Shown: piece by piece, positions 60,155 to 64,000 of the stretch
Numbering within the stretch: the first letter of the stretch is position 1
Layout of the letters: the number at the start of each line of letters is the position of its first letter
Source: the human T2T-CHM13v2.0 reference genome, Homo sapiens
Assembly: GCF_009914755.1 (NCBI RefSeq)
Contig: NC_060933.1
Reading direction: 5' to 3' (one strand)
Length of the DNA: 64,000 bases
Position numbers and translations under genes: made by a program
The notes under the pieces: generated by a model
What the model was told of the DNA's origin: nothing
Databases searched by the model: none
What the model saw: the letters and a program-made list of their open reading frames with translations, nothing else

Positions 60155-60420
60155 CTTATTTGACAAACAACATTAATTGATCACCTACTATAATTTAGAC
60201 ATTGAACTACATGTTAAAAGTCCTATAAAGAAATATACATGACTGTCCTCCTTTCTATGCTCATAAAAAATTGAAAGTAAAGTAGCATGTTCAAAGTTCC
60301 ATGAAAATTGCTATGCAGTGCTTTAGAAGTGAAAGAGCAATATATTATGTTGGTCTGATAAAAGAAAGAAAAATCATAGGGGAACCAGTATTAAGATGAG
60401 ACTTGAAAGATGAGTAGAAT
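60155..60420 (-). mobile_element. L2 3' fragment
   Basis: acattaattgatcacctacta...gatgagacttgaaagatgagtagaat. Confidence 0.5.
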
Positions 60421-60753
60421 TTTTTTTTAAATGTAGCTTATTTTTACACAAGATAAATATGTACTCCAAATAAAATATTTCTAAACTCTGAAAATAGAAA
60501 ATAAAATAGAAAAATAATGTCATCACTTTTGATCACTACTGATAACATTTTTATGTGTTTACTGTTGTCTTGTACTTTACCTATAATTCTCTAATTTGCA
60601 TTTTCCAAATTCTTAAAAGCCTCTAGGATATATAGATTTCATAAAATATATGTGCCATAATTTAAATTACTACCCACTCAGACAATTTGAACTTTATATA
60701 AATGTACACAAATTTATATGGATAAGTTAATCAAATGGCAAATGGCAGATTAC

Positions 60754-61062
60754 CTTTTTTTTCCTTTTTTTAGACAGAGTCTCCCTCTGTTGTCCAGGCT
60801 GGAGTGCAGCTGCACAATCTCGGATCACTGCAATCTTTGCCTTCTAAGTTCAAGCGATTCTCATGCCTCAGCCTACTGAGTAGCTGGAACTACATGCATG
60901 TGCCACCACGCCCGGCTAATTTTTGTATTTTTTTCAGTAGAGACGGGATTTTACCATGTTGGCCAGGCTAGTCTCGAACTCCTGACCTCCAGTGATCCGC
61001 TCGACTTGTGGACCGCAAAGTTGTCGGAGCTGTCACAATTACACTTCATCATGCTTAGGCCT
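60754..61062 (-). mobile_element. AluS with a garbled 5' end
   Basis: Clear Alu from gacagagtctccc to gtgatccgc; the last ~60 nt only loosely resemble consensus. Confidence 0.9.
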
Positions 61063-61339
61063 CTTGTCAGTTGAAATACTGTGTTAGCTATAGGTGTCGA
61101 AATGTTCAGTAAGTTTTTGTTCCTTTTGACTTTCCGTGGTCATTTACTATAGTGATTTAGGGTGAAGTTAGCCTAGGGCAGGTATTTGGAGCAATAAAGC
61201 ACTGTCCTCTGGAAGATTTACTAGTTTCTTACCTGTTTATTCCTCCTCTCACACTGACACCACAGGAATGTGGTGTAAGGCACACATTAGAGAAGCTATT
61301 CTAGGATACAAGGCGATAGGATTGAGATACGGAGATGAC

Positions 61340-62110
61340 AGTGAAGATGAAACATGAAAGATTAAGGAGAATCAACATAACAGATAAATGAACAGAGATC
61401 AGAACAAATGGTAAAAAATCAGTAACTGAAGTCATAGCTACACAAAACTTTCCTAAACTGAAGAAAGCGTTGAGTCTGCAGAATAAGGGGTCTCACTGAG
61501 AAGCAGGCAGCATTGATGAAATGAAACCAGTATTTAGACATATCATGCTGAGGTATCTAAATTTCACAGGATAAATAAAAAATATTCCACAAACATCCAA
61601 GTAAGAAAAATCAGATTATTTGTGTAAGAAAAAAAAATTAAGTGCGTCTAGGATTTCTTTGTTGCCAGATGGCAATGCTAGAAGCAATATATATGGTGGT
61701 GAGGGAGAGGATGACAATGTTATTGACTAAAGATCCCACCTGTGGGCATATTGCCTCCTTTGTGCAGTGGCAACAAAAACACATTCCACAATATGCAAAA
61801 CTCAGAAAATGTACTACACAAGCTTCATACCTGATATTACTCAGAGATAGCCTCTAAATGAGAAAAAATTATATCACCATTAAAAAACCCTTTGAGAACA
61901 GTGAATCTGTATTGTAGAAACACTGGTAGTGAGTAGTAAAACCAGTTAAATGATAAATATAAGTAATTATACTGATTACCAACATAATCAAAAGATAAAT
62001 TTTAAAACAAATTTTAAAGATAAGATGAATAATGTAAAGTATTAAAATGTAATAATAAAAATCTAGGTATAAAATTTTAGATCAGTGAGTGAAATAGAAG
62101 CATAAATGGT
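61340..62110 (+). mobile_element. Ancient L1M ORF1 remnant
   Basis: aaaactttcctaaactgaagaaagcgttgagtctgcaga...agacatatcatgctga...aaaactcagaaaatgtactac. Confidence 0.6.
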
Positions 62111-63189
62111 AGAGTAGTATTGATTTTATATGCATTTTTATATGTAACCACCCTGATGATTAGTTTATTAAGTTCACTTATTTGTGTTTTTCGGTACACA
62201 ATTACTTCAGCTATAGTTGTTCATGATATTATATATTCCTTTATAGTGGTTTTATCTCTTAGTTCTGATGCTATTTTTTAAAAACTGTTTTTGCAGAAAC
62301 AAACACAAATGCTACTGGAACAGATCAACAAACTCTGCATCCCAAAACTCCTGGTTACCAAGATTGGCTCATTCTCTTCTTTGTTGTTAGGCCCAGTCAG
62401 TCTCATAATTATCACTGGCAAGGCTGTTTCTGGCCTGAAGGATCCAGAATACATTCCTAATGCTTGATTTCCTAGGACTTCGAAGGTATTCAGAGGCAGT
62501 CGGCTTACAGACTGCTCAGTGTGGTGAAAATATTCCCTTTGATTGTTAATTAGTTCTTTGACTGCATTAACAACGTCAATCTAGCAAATGTCAATGCCGT
62601 ATTGAGAACATAACCCTATTTCACTTATGCACTTGTTGGCAATTTTAGAAGCATATAATGGTCACTGCTGTCTTGGTCTGTGAGTGAAATGCTGTCCTCA
62701 TTAGGAACCAGACAATGCATTTAAAACAGCAGGAAGAAAACTAAGATTCGTCCCCCAAGCACTTTTGCTGTGGAGGCAAGTTGCTTTCCTTGTTCTGATC
62801 AGAGGGTCTCATAGGCCTTGCCCACATGGGTCTGCACTGTGCTGCTTCTCCATCAGCATCCCTCCATTGAGCTCTCTCCTGTTTAGTTACTGTCATTGTT
62901 GTCTCCTCTGAACCCAGACTTAGAGTCACACAGCTTTTTCCTTTCACAGATTGTTTGATTCTCCATCTTCCTTTACTATTGATCTAAGTGATCGCTGTAG
63001 TCGGGACCACTTAGCTTTTTAAATGCAGTGTCTGTCCTGTTCTTAATTTCTAGAGCTGACTCTGACTGGAGACAGGAGGTACTGAAACAGTTCTACCTCC
63101 AAATTTTTTCCATTTGCAGTTAGTCTGAACCTTATGCCCAACTTCTCTTACCTGGAGTCCTGATCTCATAACAAGGGTTTTGGGTTTTG

Positions 63190-63990
63190 ATAATCTGCCA
63201 TGTTTCTCAGGTACTGTAATGCTACCATGCTCTCTCAGGAGCCCTGCCCTAAATCCCGTGTTGGTGGCTGAGCCCTGACTTCCCTGACACTAATGATTCC
63301 AGGCCTCCCAGGAAGTCCTGCCTCTGTGCTCTGCCAACCTATTGTGATACTCTGCTGCTTCCTTTTGAAGGTTTTCTGTTTAATACGCATGTGGATTGGG
63401 GCCTGATATTATCATATCCTTCTTCTCCACTTGAGTGTTTTGTTCTTTGTTGTATAGCATGGCTCTTCACATGTGTAGCTTTTTTGGGTCTCAGCTGAGT
63501 GATTGTGGTGCTTAGCAAGGTCTCTCCATTCTGTCTGGGCCAGAATTCCAAAATTCCCAGCACTGTATAACATCTGCCATCTCAGTTCAGCATTAGGTCC
63601 CAGAGCCACTATTTCTCTTAGGCCTTACAGAATTTTGCCTTGCACATATGCAGCCCAGCTTCTCCTAAAGACCCTTGGGGAAACCCGTGCCTATTTCTTT
63701 ATGTAGCTCCTTCCTTTCTAAAGCCCTGCTCAGGAAATTCCAGCCACCTCAGCACCCTAATCTCCAAATTCTGCTTTCTCAGCTTAGCAAGACCATTGCT
63801 TTCTGCTGGGGTTTCAACTCCCTGCTTCACCACTGGGAAATTTTCCCTGAGGGAGAAAGCCAGGAAAAATGTGGGATTCTCCACATGTGCCTTTCTTCTC
63901 TCAAGAATCAAAGTCCTGTTTGTAGATTAATGCCCAAAAATAGTTATTTAATATATTTGGTACATTAATAAGGTTGCTTTTTATGGGAGG
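63190..63990 (-). mobile_element. Probable ancient L1M 5' region
   Basis: Motifs ttctgctttctcagcttagcaagacc and gtcctgtttgtag resemble antisense L1M 5' remnants; weak. Confidence 0.35.
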
Positions 63991-64000
63991 GTAAAGTCTG

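Overview
This is AT-rich, repeat-dense primate nuclear DNA, probably great ape or human because it carries AluY and an L1PA2-type element. I find no host protein-coding exon, no CpG island and no CRISPR or other prokaryotic system. The ORFs in the track are either L1, Alu, LTR or NUMT remnants or chance ORFs. Main contents: (1) a ~430-bp old NUMT (COX3 3' end, tRNA-Gly, ND3; minus strand) inserted into an L2 tail, with the ND3 frame still open in the mitochondrial code; (2) a nested cluster at 23.1-28.1 kb (MLT2 LTR > L1MA > complete THE1A plus AluS, and a second MLT2A LTR); (3) a full-length inactive L1PA7-like element with TSDs, an Alu in ORF2 and a stop-interrupted ORF0; (4) a young 5'-truncated L1PA2-like insertion with a perfect 16-bp TSD; (5) TCAGCCCCACAGGGCAGTAA-GGG, which I recognise as the main off-target site of the widely used HBB sickle-cell SpCas9 guide, suggesting intergenic 9q31.1 near GRIN3A or its ape orthologue; (6) two tracts where repeat consensus breaks down locally, possibly from assembly error. 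I found no evidence of a previously undescribed biological system. Repeat subfamily names come from recalled consensus sequences, and boundaries of old repeats are approximate.
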